This document shows, piece by piece, positions 1-12,994 of a stretch of DNA of 64,000 nucleotides. The stretch lies in assembly GCF_036321535.1 (NCBI RefSeq), contig NC_087472.1, positions 97,590,001 through 97,654,000 of the forward strand, in the 5' to 3' direction. The notes beneath the pieces were generated by a model. The model saw only the letters and a program-made list of their open reading frames with translations, was not told the origin of the DNA and searched no databases. The position numbers were made by a program, and so were the translations under genes. Origin of the DNA: Camelus dromedarius (taxonomy: Eukaryota). How positions within the stretch are numbered: the first letter of the stretch is position 1; each line of letters opens with the position of its first letter.

Positions 1-207
1 TGCATAGATGGAGAGGTAAACCACTTTGATAGATCAGAAGATCAACATAGTAAAGTCAGTTCTCTCCAAGTTTATATACAGCTTTAATGCAATTTCTATC
101 AAAATCCCAGAAAGGTTTTTTGTAGATATAGACAAGATAATTCTAAACTTTATGTGGAAAGTCAAAAGAACTAGAATAGCTAAAACAAATTTAGAAAAAA
201 GAATTTA
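1..207 (+). mobile_element. Old L1 ORF2 fragment (post-RT region)
   Basis: Translation KINIVKSVLSKFIYSFNAISIKIPERFF...NFMWKVKRTRIAK matches L1 ORF2 [23 protein letters not shown]...KFIWNQKRARIAK. Confidence 0.9.
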
Positions 208-209
208 GT

Positions 210-1200
210 GTCACATATTTCTTAAAATCCTTTCACATATTTTTTGTACCATTCTTTCTTTCCTGTCCCCCTAGGCCTCCACATCCACATAAATTAGATT
301 TGCTGTATGATTGTTCAGATAGCCAGTGATACTGGAGAATTCCTATACATCTGTCTCTGAATTTACTTACTCCTTCTCTGTCACCTCTAATCTATTAAGT
401 GAATTTTCTAGCTCAGATATTATAATTTTTAGTTCTAGAATCTCCATTTGTTTCTGGTTTTAAGTAGTTTTTATTTCTTTGTTGAAATTTCCTTTTGTGC
501 TATTTATTATGAGCATATTTCCATTTACTTCATTGAATATAGTTATAGGATCTGCTGTATTTTCTTTAGGGGGTAATTAGATTTATTTATTTATTAAGTT
601 TTTATTAAGTTACTTTTTAATGGAGGTACTAGTGATTAAACCCAGGACCTTGTACTTGCTAAGCATGTATGCTAACCACTGAACTATACCCTCCCCCTGC
701 TGTATTTTCTTAAGTCTTGTAATGTTGACTTGCGTTATGGAAATTTTATTGATACATTTCATAAACTTTGTATTCTATCATGTTCCCTGGAATAGCATTG
801 ACTTTTTTGCTTTAAGCAGGAAGTAGACTTGGTTGAACTCAGATTTCAAATTCTGTCTCCTCTGTGGTAGGCAGAAGATGAAATTTGTCATTTCTTTCAG
901 CCTTAGCTGTGCTGCTTAGAGTCTGCCTTGCACATGGATAGTACGTGTGAGTCAAGAATCAACCAAATATTTGTGCAGAAATTATATGCAAAATCTGGAC
1001 CTTCCCTATGGTGGCTCTCTATTTTCTCAGATTTTAACTTTGACTTTTCTCCTGCTGTGGTTTCCAAAAACTCTGTCCTTGAACTTATTAAGCAGTAAAC
1101 TGTGGCATTTTATCTGAGTTTTGGATACCCACCATTGTGCCCGGACCTGTCCTTAGGCAAAAGGCCATAAAAATGGAACGCTCTGTGACATTCCCTTTTC
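210..1200 (-). mobile_element. Ancient L1M 5'/ORF1-region fragment (antisense), interrupted by a SINE
   Basis: T-rich antisense L1-like phrases (ttctagaatctccatttgtttc, gttgaaatttcc); heavily diverged, boundaries approximate. Confidence 0.5.
567..696 (-). mobile_element. tRNA-derived camelid SINE (Vic-1-like) with 15-bp TSD
   Basis: Reverse complement reads GGGGAGGGTATAGTTCAGTGGTTAG...GGTCCTGGGTTTAATCACTAGTACCTCCA (tRNA A/B-box head) then an A-rich tail. Perfect TSD ctgctgtattttctt at 552-566 and 697-711; TT|AAGAAA L1-endonuclease-type site. Confidence 0.9.
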
Positions 1201-1779
1201 CTAATGAACCTACCTATACCTAAACTTTCTTTGTAGGAAAGTTTTAAATTAAGTAATGTTTAAAAGTAGAGCTTCAAAAAGTAATCCCTTTAATCTTTTC
1301 ACTCTATCTCTGTACCAGGCACATCTATAATTAGCATTTCCTTAGCAGTGTGTTGCAATTTATCATGTTTCTTCTTAATTCTTTGTTAAAACAATCAATT
1401 TTGTGATTTACAAATTTAAATAAATGAACTGATTATTTTTGCTTTCTTACAGAATTGAGATAATTTTGCCTCAGTTATGTAATTCATATTCCATTTGTGT
1501 AATATTAAAAATTTGATTTTTGTGGCCTAAAATTGAAACTAAGTAGCACTGTATAATCAGTTAAAATAATATAATTATATTTTAATTTCTATTCCTAATA
1601 GTACTTTTAAACCCTGTAACACTGTAACACTATTCTTTAATCTTCATCTTCAGATTTACATAGGATATTTTTTCAAATACTTTGACTATCTAATCCTCAG
1701 TAATTTAATGGTCATTTACACATGATTATAAATAAGCGGAGAAAATCTTGTTCTGGCTTTAAAATTCTATATTCATACA

Positions 1780-2320
1780 TTTATGATAACTTCTTGCTGC
1801 AGTGATAGAAGCTCAACTCCAAAATACTTGAGCCAAGTGGAGAATTTATTAGATAACATAATTTGGAGCATCCTAAGATCAGCTAGTTTCAGATATGGCT
1901 CAATCCAGGGTTTGATCGGTGTTATCACATATCTGACCCTTTTCAGCCCTGACCTCTGTATTCATCTTCTATATTTGCTTCATTCTCAGGCATGCTTTTC
2001 CCATGCAAAGTTAGTACCAAAGATAATAACATTCAGAAATTCTTACTTATATAAGTCTTTCAGCCATCAGTCTCTTCATTTTCCCAAATAGTCCTAGCCA
2101 AAATAAAAGAGAGCTCTTACTGGTCCAATATAGGACACAATGTAGGTATTTAAGTACAATAATCTCTGTAGGTAGGTTTTAGTGCCCTAATTGGCTATGT
2201 TTGGATCATTGTCTCATCCCTAGTTTAAAAGGGTAGGGTCAACTCTGAGACGACTGAAGTTGGAGCCTCAAAAGAAAATAAGGGTGAACAGGTACTCAGT
2301 ATAATCAAGTAAAATATACT
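1780..2320 (-). mobile_element. Old MaLR LTR (MLT1K/L-like)
   Basis: gctgcagtgatagaagctcaactccaaa...gaatttattag...ttcagatatggctcaatccaggg...tcattctcaggc...attggctatgtttggatca pattern typical of old MLT1. Confidence 0.6.
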
Positions 2321-2769
2321 ACAATATCAGATGCTGTTACATTGGGTGGTTTCACTATTAAAGTACTTTCATTTTACTTATTTCTTTACGTGGCTAAATA
2401 AATTTGGTGATTATTATGTATTCCTTTTTATTATCTTCTACCAGAAATAGAGCACGTGGAATAATACTCTTGTTCTGTGTCAGCGCATTTCTTACGCCTG
2501 TCACTGATTTTTCCTTACCTTCAGAGTCGAGCTAAACATAGTAAATTGTTGTTCTATATGCCAAAATAGTCCATGAAATATTGTTATTCTCTCATTTGAA
2601 GAAGACACATAAAAGCCAAGCTTTGTTCTTGGTATTTTTTCAAAATATATAATTAAATATAAATACATTTATAATGATGAGTATATACTGGCTAAAAGAA
2701 TGTTTTGACATTCTAAATAAGTCTCCATAAATAGTATAATTAGGCCCCAAATTCTCCTGGTCTTTTATA

Positions 2770-4118
2770 AATAAGTAATTCTTCCAAAAATTCAAAAAGG
2801 ACTTAATACCAATTTTTCATAAACTTTTCCAAAAATATCAGATGAGTGACTGTTCTATGAATTCAGAACTACCCTTATACCAAAACAAGAGAAAACATCA
2901 CAAGGAAAGAAAACTAAAGACTAGTAAGTCTTATGAATATAGATGCAAAAATCCTCAACACAGTATTAGCAAACCTAATCAAGTAACATAGAAAAAGGAT
3001 TATATACCATGACCAAATGGGATTTATCCCAGGAATACAAAGCTAGCTTAACATCCCAAAATTAATATATCATATTAATGGAATAAAAGATAAAATCATA
3101 ATCATCTGAAAAGATGCTAAGGAAGCATTGATAAAATTCAACATATTTTCCTGACTAAAACACTCAACCAACTAGAAATAGAAGATAACTCCTTCAGCTT
3201 GAGAAAGAGCATTTATTAAAAACCCATGGAGTAGCCCAAACAATATTAAAAAAGATGAAAGTTAGAGGACTCACATGTCCTAATTTTAAAGATTACAAAG
3301 CTATAGTAATCAAGATAGTATAGTACTAGTGTAAGGGTAGACATATAAATCAATACAATAAAGTTGAGAGTATATGAATGAGCTCTTACATTTATATTCA
3401 ATTAATTATGTTTGACAAGGATACCAAGAAAATAAAATGGGTAAAGACTAGTCCTTTCAACAAATGATGCTTGGCACAGCTAGATACCCACACACAAAAG
3501 AATGAATTTGGACTCTCACGTGACACCATACTCAAAAGTTAACTCAGAATGGATCATAGTACTAAATATAAGAGATTACACTATAAAGCTCTGAAAGAAG
3601 ATATTTTCTTGGCTTAATCTGTAGTTTCTTAATCTGTAGTCCACAAATGTGCAAGTGACAAAAGGAAAAAAATAGTTAACTTTTACAGCTTGAAAAACTT
3701 ATTTGTTGCAAATGATACTATCAAACAAGTGAAAAAACAACCCACAGAATGAGAGAAAATAAAGTAATATCTCTGATAAGAGATTTTATTGAGAAAATAT
3801 ATATATATATATCGAATTCTTACAACTCAGTAGTAAAAAGACAATCTGATTTATAAATGGTCAAAGGATTTCAAAAGATATTTCTCAAAAAAAGATATAC
3901 AAATGGCCAATAAGTACATGAAAATATTCTCACCATCAGTAATCCTCAGAGAGATACAAATCAAGACCACAATGGATACCACTTCACACCCATTAGGATT
4001 ACTGTAATCAGAACAGACAATAGCAATTGTTGGTGAGGATGTGGAGAAACTGGAACCACCCACACATCACTGGTAGGAATGTAAAATAGTGTGGACACTT
4101 TGGAAAACAGTCTGGCAA
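2770..4118 (+). mobile_element. Old L1 (L1M) ORF2 remnant with internal deletion
   Basis: Degenerate ORF2 motifs: MNIDAKIL (atgaatatagatgcaaaaatcctc), HDQMGFIPG, an LTLPDFK-like stretch, LFNK*C, and the C-terminal HFTPI...GEDVEKLEP region; many stops and frameshifts. Confidence 0.9.
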
Positions 4119-4666
4119 TATATGAGAGTGTGGTACAGTAATGTCATTTTTCTCTATGTTGTAAAGCATGAAAGATTTTGGAAGGCACTTACTTATCTAC
4201 CCCAGTCATTATTTTGCCAAGAGTGGATGCAATTTCCTTGGGTCATTGGCTAGTTAGTCTCAGTCAAGTATCAGGCAGTAGAAGGAAAAAATCTAATTCC
4301 AGGTGTCTAGATTAGAATATACTTGCCTACTCTAACTTCAGTGAAATGAAGTGGAATTATCTTCCTTGGCGCAATTCCCCATAGTGGTACAAGCTGAAAA
4401 TGCAGAGTGTGTTGAAGAAGGGCAGTGTTCCCAGCATGCATGAGTAGCAGAGCTTTCCTATCTCCCCACATCCTTCAGTGTTTGATTTGTAACTGCTGCA
4501 TACTCACAGGATGAAAGGTACACTAACCTGTATCACATCTATTCCCTTTTCTCTTATCTTCCTCCCCCCATCCCTTTATGCTACTATTCTGATCAGATAA
4601 AGAAAATTGGAAGGGCAGGCAGAGGTAAACAGGAGATGAAGTTATATTGATTAACTGAAAGGAGAA

Positions 4667-5102
4667 TGCATTAGTTTCTAGGGATGTTGTAATAAAATAC
4701 TACAGAGTGAGTGGCATAAAACAACAAAATTATTCTGGAGGGTAAAAGTCTAAACTGAATTTTTTGGTAGCACTGGGCTCCCTCTGAGGGCTCTAGGGGA
4801 GCATCTGTTCCATACCTTTCTCCTAGTTTCTGGTGGTTTCTAGCAATCCTTGATGCTCCTTGGCTTGTAGATACAGCATTCCAATCTTGTCCTCCATACA
4901 TGATGTTCTTCTCTTTATGTCTCCATATTCAAAATTTATTCTTCTTATAAGGACACCAGTCATATTGGATCCTTCCTAATCCATTATGGCCTCATCATAA
5001 TTTAAGCTAATTAATCTGCAAAACCTCTATTTCCAAATAAGGTCATATTCATAGGTACTGGGTGGACATTAATTTGGAGGGCTCACTATTTAACCCACTA
5101 TA
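4667..5102 (-). mobile_element. MaLR solo LTR (MLT1B/C-like)
   Basis: tgcattagtttctaggg...ctccctctgagggctctagggga...cttataaggacaccagtcatattgga...tttccaaataaggtcatattc...aacccacta. Confidence 0.9.
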
Positions 5103-5142
5103 GACAGTCATAGTGCAGTACCAAAGGCTATCCACGTGTGTA

Positions 5143-5145
<3 letters not shown>

Positions 5146-5192
<47 letters not shown>
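5146..5192. repeat. (TG)n microsatellite
   Basis: Direct read. Confidence 0.98.
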
Positions 5193-5193
<1 letters not shown>

Positions 5194-5239
5194 TGTAGAA
5201 GCTAGGAGCAGATTGGGAGGAAAGGAGTGTGTGTATCTT

Positions 5240-5470
5240 TAGTATGTTTATCACTGAGTATTTTCTTTGCCCCAGGCTCTGCACTGTAGGGCAAACATCA
5301 TTTCATTTAACCCTTGCAACAGTCCCGTGCCATGGGTATTGTCATCTCAAGTCTCCAGATGAGAAAGTTGATGTTTGGTAATGATGTCTAGCAAGGTCAC
5401 ACTGTTACTGAGTGATTTAGCCTGGTTTCATATGACGCATGTCTACCTCCAAAGCTCATCAAGTTAAGCA
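5240..5470 (-). mobile_element. MIR SINE
   Basis: tcatttaacccttgcaacagtcc...ccagatgagaaa...caaggtcacac MIR core, antisense. Confidence 0.75.
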
Positions 5471-7619
5471 CTAATCTCTATTGCCATAAATCTCTTAAGG
5501 AAAAGTGTTAGGCTGTAGTGATTGAAAGGATTTGAGGGAAGTCTAAGATGATGCAAGTCTTAGATTGGATAATTGGGGGACTAGCTGATACTACTAATAA
5601 ATATTAAAATGAGAAAATCATCAGAAAGCACGCTATGGCTTTTTTATTGTTTTGGTTGAGAAAGGGAGTAAGGGTTGTCAGTGGGAATCCAGATTAAAAC
5701 ACATGTTAATGTAAAGAATCTGAGAATTTGATTGAGGGTGATCAGTTTGTGATCTGCATTATCCTGCAGTTCCACACAGCATCATTTTTCAGTCACTATG
5801 TGCTTTTCATTTGATTCAGAGCCTAGAACAGGCATGAAGCCACCTGCCTTGAGTGCTCCATATACCACCACAGAAAATAATTTTTTTCACTCAGTGTTTT
5901 TTTTCACTTTGTTCAAATTCACTTAAAATGTATTAATCATAAAAGGACAAAAAAGACATCCCCCATGTTTGTGTTTGCTTTTCCTAATAAAATATGTGCT
6001 GCTGGATCTAGCTTCAGCCATTTGTTCCTGCCTAATCAGAAGTCACTGTCCTCAATTTAGCTTTGTTTTGGCCATTACACGCTGTGTTCTCTGCAGTATT
6101 TTAGTTGATTGTGCCTGGGTGAGTCACTCTTCAGGTGAATTTTTTTTATTAAGGCTATTTGTAAAAATCAACCACTACAACAAAAAGAGTATGGGATTAG
6201 CTTGGTATGTTTTAAAAAAAAATTCGTCTCAAGATTAGCTGCAGTAACTCTAGCAGGAAAATGCTAATGGAAACATTACACAAATTTTTCATGTTGCTTA
6301 AAACAAAAATAAATTGCGAGGTATTCTTAATAACTATGAAAATTATATATAATGGATTTTTAATGCTTGCAAATATGCTTAATGTTTTCTTGGTGGTGCT
6401 TAGATTTTATTGCATAAAATAGATTTACTGTCTATTATTAAAACATATTAAAAGTAGTATTGGGCAGTGTAATACTGTTTGCAATTCAGAATATAGAGAG
6501 ATTCCCTTACCATTTGAAAAAAGTCAAGAATATTATTTTTTATATAAAATATGCTTCAAATAATGACCATTTTATTCAAGAGTCATATATATGTATATAT
6601 GTTACAATTCAAGAATTTGTTTTGGGGACATAAGTGAGTACTAGTAAACAGAGTATTTATTCATATTCTATTCAACTGGGGAGAGTAGATTTGAAAAAAA
6701 AGAGTATTTTCCATAGATGTGACTACAAGGTTTACCTTTTTCCCTATAATCTCTACTTATTTTATAGTATTTCTTATTTTTATGTTCTTTTTTTTAATTA
6801 CTAATTTACATTGAGCTCCTGGAGAGAAGACACTGATGGTTATTTTCCAGCGATGATATTAGAAGCAGTTTGCGGGAGCTAGGAAACATATCAAATGAGT
6901 GTGCTGTCTCTAAAATGAATGGTTCAAATATGATTTGAATCCTTTTCATAGAAAATAAGCTTTTATTGAACCAGGTGTATATCAGTTATAGAATCAGTTA
7001 AAGAGGATTTGGCATATTGGTTTATATATCCCTTAACCATCTATGTAAATTTGTGAATTTATTTAAATATATTATATGTAATTGTTTCTTATTTTTCACC
7101 AGTACACAAGAAAATACTGAGACTCATCTTGAATATGTAAAATTATAATGGTGACATTTGGAAATAAGTTTTTAAACTGAAAGTTTTCTTTGTATAAAAA
7201 TATAATTGAACAGGCTACTATACTCTGGTTGCATATGCAGATTACTGTAAGGTAAAATAGAGTTGGAAATAGTTTGTAATTCCAATATCAAACTGACTAC
7301 AGTATTCTTTATTATGACAAGCTTATTTTCATCTTCTGGAATTCTGTTTAATCAGCAGAAGAGTTGTAGATATAAGAATAAATAACATACGGTAATTAAT
7401 ACAGAGAATAGCTTCCAGCTGCATGATTTTGGGGTAGAAATTTTCTTACCATGGTTAGAAATTTTTGAGAAGGACTCGTGATATATTTCAGGATGTGCAG
7501 TGCCTTCCTTCTGAAGTTTTCTTGAGCCATTCCCCTCCTTCCTTTACATGGTGATGTGGAAAGAGCAGTGAGTCTTACCCCTCCTTCAGCCAGGTCTAGC
7601 CCATATTCCCCAGAAAATA

Positions 7620-7800
7620 CTCCTCATTCATTCACCCATGAACTATTTTATTAAGAAATACTGTGCTAGGTGCTAGACATATCAAGATGGAATATTAGAG
7701 AGTCATAACTCTAGGTGCTTACAGATATATGGAGTAAATGATGATGATAATTATAATAATGTGATAGGCATTATTCTGAGCATCTGAGAGAGGTCCCGAT
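7620..7800 (-). mobile_element. L2 3' end fragment
   Basis: tcattcattca...tactgtgctaggtgctagacata L2 tail, antisense. Confidence 0.65.
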
Positions 7801-7837
7801 GAGATCACACACCAAAGTGCTGAATTCTTCCAGCAGA

Positions 7838-8100
7838 AACATAGTATAACCTAGTAGGTAATAGCTTGAGTTTTGGAATTGGAAATATTCAGGTCTGAAT
7901 CTTATTTCCCCCACTGACTGGTGGCAAAACCATGGGCAAGGTACAGTATCTCCCTGAGCTTCCCTTTTCTCATCTCCTAAATGCAAATACTACTAGATAC
8001 GTCATGTGACTGTTCTGAGACTTGACTAAATCCAGGTTGGGTAGTGTTTAGAACAGCACCTAACATGTGGTAAGCGCTCAAAATTAGTAGCTACTTTTAT
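7838..8100 (+). mobile_element. MIR SINE (near full length)
   Basis: tRNA-like head, catgggcaag...ctccctgagcttcccttttctcatctcctaaatg core, agaacagcacctaacatgtggtaagcgctcaa tail. Confidence 0.85.
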
Positions 8101-8619
8101 TGCTATTGTTTTAACCAGCTATCTCAAAGCAGTCTTCTGTACTTCAGACAGTGCCACTGTAATTAACCGTCAGTCCCTGCCCATCCCAATCCAACCCTGG
8201 GGAAACTAGATGCAGCACCCCACTCCACCAACACGACATCATCTGCTCAGTGAAAAACACTTTTACTCAATCCTGAACATGTGAGATGAAGACTGAGACC
8301 CAGCAGTCAGTGTCTAATCAGGTTACTGAGAGTTCTTTTTCGCTGTTGCCAGTAATGGATCTAGAAAAAATGTACAGCGTTTCTCATTTCACTGTTTCAT
8401 ATGTGGATATTTGACTAAAGCCAGAAACACAGCATTAAAACATATTTTATTAAAAATATGCTTTTGGGAGAAATTTTATTTCAGAATTCTATCTCATATC
8501 CAATAAATAAGAAAAGTCTCAAAGGATGGACCATCTATTGTGGTTCATCAGTGGCCTTCATTGTGTCCAGGTTTGTAAGAGACCACTGACTTACTAGTCA
8601 ATGAATAAAAGCCTGGGCA

Positions 8620-8850
8620 ATAATTATGATAAAATTCCATTACATATATATCAAGCAAAGCACTTCTCCATGTACTGTCTCATTAGACTTCCCAACAATC
8701 CTGGACAAGCGTTATTTTCACCATTTTATAAATTTATCTTAAGAGAAATTACAGTGATGAGATATGAAATGTGTCAGCCCCAGGTAAAAGATAATAAAGA
8801 TTGGAGTTCACATTCTAGAGAGATTAGTAGCATCTTCTAAGACTCATTAC
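8620..8850 (-). mobile_element. MIR SINE fragment
   Basis: ctcattagacttcccaacaatcctg...ccattttataaat diverged core. Confidence 0.5.
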
Positions 8851-9363
8851 TCCAGTCAAAAATTTCCAAAGTTGTTTTTTAAAGAGTAAACCATTCTTAA
8901 ATCTTGGAAACTCAATATATAAAAGAAATAGAGAGCTGTTATGGTTAAATACAAATGGAGTGGATTCCAACACCAACTTGTATGTTGTTCCACCTCACCC
9001 TAGTGCTCTTCCAGGGTGGCCTTTAAAGCACTGATGTTCCTAAGATCCTTGCTCAACTTGAAAACCACTGGTCAGTATCAGTGAGATGCAAAGGCTTCCA
9101 CTTTGGAGATAAACAGCACAATTTTTAAAAAGTTTTGTGGGACCTTGGTTATTATTTGCTTTCCTTATTTAGTATAAGACCTAAAAGATTAAAATGCATG
9201 TTCTCAGTCTACAGATATGGCTGATGCTTTTGATTGAAACATATACAAATGTATTTAAGAAATAAAATTTTGCATTAGTGAAGTATTATTCTCATCTACC
9301 AAACTCTTGAAAACCAAAAAGATTTAGCCATAATAAAAAGGCCACATATATTTATGCACATGT

Positions 9364-9365
<2 letters not shown>

Positions 9366-9404
<39 letters not shown>
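9366..9404. repeat. (CA)n microsatellite
   Basis: Direct read. Confidence 0.98.
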
Positions 9405-9405
<1 letters not shown>

Positions 9406-9459
9406 TCAGAACAGCAGAAACATCCTCCTTAGACTGATTACCTATATTACCTATTTGCA

Positions 9460-10720
9460 CCTATATTACCTATTTGCCTTTACTGAAACTTGGCTATCTT
9501 CAGAAGATGTAGATTACTGAATTCCTTTAAAACAAAGCTATATTACCCTCCTCCAGGATTTCAGTACAGGTACCTTCCCTTTCTCTCCATTTGCAATTAC
9601 AGGTCATGATGATCCTCCTACTGTTTTGCTTAAAAAAAAAATTGTTTCTTTGAGGAGCTCCCATCATAAAGCCTTCTCTACCTTCTTGTTGCTACTCCTT
9701 TAGAGTTCTTGATCACTCTCTTTCATTCACTGAAGAATTTATCACCTGATTTATATTCTTCCTTCACACAAACTTCTGTTATCATTCTTGGCAATTTTAA
9801 AATCCATGTAGCCAAAAACTCACTCTGAATTTTTTAACTTGTCCCCATCACCATTGACCTGCTTCTCCATTCCACATCAGCCTGAACTAAGTCTGCAAAA
9901 ATTGCACTGCCCTCAACATCAGAAATGCAAACATCCCACTCCTTCAACATAGCCTTCTTACCTTTGATGTTCTTTTCTCTCATACTCACACTAGAGCAAT
10001 TATTACCTACAATTCATTGTTTCTATTGATAGTTCTTTATCCACCATTCCTCTTTTCATCGGTTTCCTTCATAATTAGCCTAAACCCATTGGTCCTTCTT
10101 TTTATGCACTCCTTTGAAAATACCTTCCATTTCCTTGCCCCATTTCACTCCACTGTATTTTCTTTGAAAACCCTCCACTCTGTTTAAAGAAACCATTTGC
10201 CTTTTCCATTCCTGCATTCCAGCCACTTAATTTTGCCAAAAAGAATCACAAAATAGCAAATTATTTTCACCTTAACTTAATTAGATCAAACCTAAATAGA
10301 TCCTTAGCACTGCCCAGTAACTTTATAGTTTTCCACTCTCCAAAATAACTAGTTTAACCTTTTTCCTCTCTCTTTAAGTCTCATGTGGATCTCATCTCCT
10401 TATTTGCATCTGTTCTTCATACTCTGAATGTATGATCTCACCTCACAGTTTATGGAGGAAAATAATAAGCATCAAATGGGCATTCTCTCCTCTTCCTACT
10501 ACCAAATAATGAACCCACTGCATCTTCTCTCCTGTTACGTCTTAGGGGAGAGTCTTGCCTCTTGCTGAATGACAATACCGTGTATGTGTTTTTTGTTTCA
10601 GAAAATAAATTCCATGAGGGTAAATATTGTCCATTCTGTTTTTACCATCAATATGCTTCAACCTTGTAAAATGCTTGATATAAGAGACACACTTATGTAT
10701 ATTATTCATATTTGTCTGGG
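9460..10720 (+). mobile_element. L2 LINE remnant including endonuclease-domain region and a 3' tail fragment
   Basis: actgaaacttggcta = TETWL; atcattcttggcaattttaaaatccat = IILGNFKIH (IILGDFNIH). C/T-rich L2 body; tail aaattccatgagggtaaa near 10605. Confidence 0.8.
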
Positions 10721-12061
10721 TGTGCTTGTGAGAGAAAGACAGGAAAAAAGAGGTGCATGTATGTTATATTTCTGGGCTTATGTCAGAAAATTTAACAACC
10801 AAAATCCTCTTCCATTGCTCTCTGATATTTTAACTGAATAGCTCTTAAAAGATTATGGCATCCCAAGCTACAATGATACCTTTTAATTTCAGGAAAAGTG
10901 CCAGGTCATCAGGTTATCATGCAGAAGAGATGGAGAAATTATTCCTAGTTTTCTATAGAAATCAGAACTGCTGAATATAACATCCCATGCAGACTAAGAA
11001 TAATAAACCTATAATGTACTCACCGAGCTCTGAAATTGCATTCATTTGGAGCATTAATTTTCCAGAATTATTTCAGTTGGGTCTAACATTAATAAAAGTG
11101 CATTACCTGTTTTAATAATTTGGGAGGAAAGAAGAATTAGTGTGACTTCTAATCTGCACATGGAGCGTATGAGCACTGCGGAGCATATGAGTGAATCTCA
11201 CAGTGATTAAGTGCTCCTCTTACATGCAATTCAAATAGAAATGAAAATCTGAGGCAACTAGATTTTCTTTAAATGTGAGCACTGTACTTTAAGAGTATGT
11301 TATGATTTTTTAATCTTGAATTGGAGCTATTCAGTTGACCTATTCTGTTTCTAGACACCTGCTTAAAGACCTAGCTGGAGAGCAGAGGTCAATTTAAAAA
11401 ACAAACAAACAAACAAATTAGATGGTGGTGGATTATAAATACATGGAAGATAGCCAGGTTCTGTGAAGCCAAAACAGTAGCTTCTAGGAAGAAGTAAGGG
11501 ATGGACCTTGGAGTTTCCCAAAAAACAGTGGTTAAAAAATGGAGCTGGAAAACATAAAGGTCAACATCAGTGTAAATCAAACTAGCCTTTCCTACATTTC
11601 TCAAATGTGGTAGAGGTAGAGAAGTATTTGGTTTGCAAAGGGCTTCCTGTCAGACTGCATCCTGAGTTAACAGAGAGGCTGTAATGATGTCAAGAAAGTA
11701 AGTAATTAAACAATGTTATTTGATACTGTAAAAAAGGAAAGGAAAAATCTGCTATTAAAAAAACTTCAATATGTAGTTCTTATTGGTTCAGAAATCTAAT
11801 CTCAGCCTCATCAGTCATCTCCTTGGTCCTCGTAATGAAACTCCAACTGTAATTAATTTCTTTTTGTCATAAAAAATCTTTGTGGATATTATATTAGATA
11901 TTCTGAACTGTATTTCTTATTCATTTAAGCTTCATTCACATCATTAAACCTGAAATGTGCTTTTTCTAAAGAAAAAGGAAATATACAGAACAGAAATTTC
12001 CTTCTGGCCTACTATTATCATTTCTTCTTCATAGTCTCAGACATACTTACATTTCTCTTTA

Positions 12062-12228
12062 CAGTAGTGGTTCATAGAAGGATTCAATATTCTATAATTG
12101 CCCTAAACTGATAGCAGCATTTTGTGTGCATATGTATTTTTCCATTTGGGAAGAAAGTCCACAGCTTTCATCAAATTCTCGGAGGAGAGGGGGCCTATGA
12201 CCTGAAAAAGATTTAAGGATCGTTACTC
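12062..12228. mobile_element. hAT-Charlie non-autonomous DNA transposon fragment
   Basis: cagtagtggttc start; agctttcatcaaattctc...ggggcctatgacctgaaaaagatttaaggatc end resembles Charlie-type termini. Confidence 0.55.
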
Positions 12229-12994
12229 CATAGCATCCTTCAAGATTTTCCAAGACAATACGGTGAAATCAACCACATTTGTCTTTACTACATCCATTTC
12301 CCCTGTGCTTGGTTTTCCTCAAGTCTACAATTCTCTTGTGATCTCTGCTAGATTTCCTTTTTAAAACTGTGTTCTTCAGTGTTGCTTCATTATAAGGAGT
12401 ATGCTACTAGTAACAGCTTCAAAAGTTAATTGTGCTCTTTTTAATAAGTTATCTTAATGTTAAAGTATTAAACCCCTACATCATATTGCAAATAATAATC
12501 CATTTGAAGGGAACATTTTATAGGTAGAAAAGAGAGCAGACTTTTATTTTTTAAATAGAAACAAATGTTATCAGCCTTACATAGGCTCTGTTTTGTGTGA
12601 AAGTTCTAATAAACTGCCCTTATCCAGTACTCAGTCTGTTCTAAATGTAATATGAATTCCTGGAACAAGGTCACTTGATAGAATTAAAATAAGATTCAGG
12701 GGTACTTTTTGTCCAAGGAGCCTTAATTGTTGAGCTCCATTTTGTAATTTTTCATTGAATAACCACTTCATATACTATACTAGCTAAATGAAATAGTAAC
12801 AAAAAAATAAATTCATGGCTATATGAGCTTTTTCTTTCTGTAAAGCATAATAACCAGTCTTTTTTATGTGTGTTTATCAAATGCTTATTACGTGAAAAAT
12901 AATCAGGGTCCAATGAGATAAATGATGTGAATGTTTTATAACCTAATAATGCCACTTTAATATAAAACTTAGACAGCGTGAAGAAGAAATAGTA

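Noticed and set aside
567..696. tRNA gene
   Set aside because: Degenerate tRNA-like head with a tail and TSD, so a SINE
2514..2620. Minus-strand donor AAG|GTAAGG after an open frame ending MFSSTLK
   Set aside because: No clear acceptor or promoter and no recognisable protein; compatible with chance
6851..6938. Possible exon after ttttccag (DDIRSSLRELGNISNECAVSK...)
   Set aside because: No good donor before the stop and no recognisable protein
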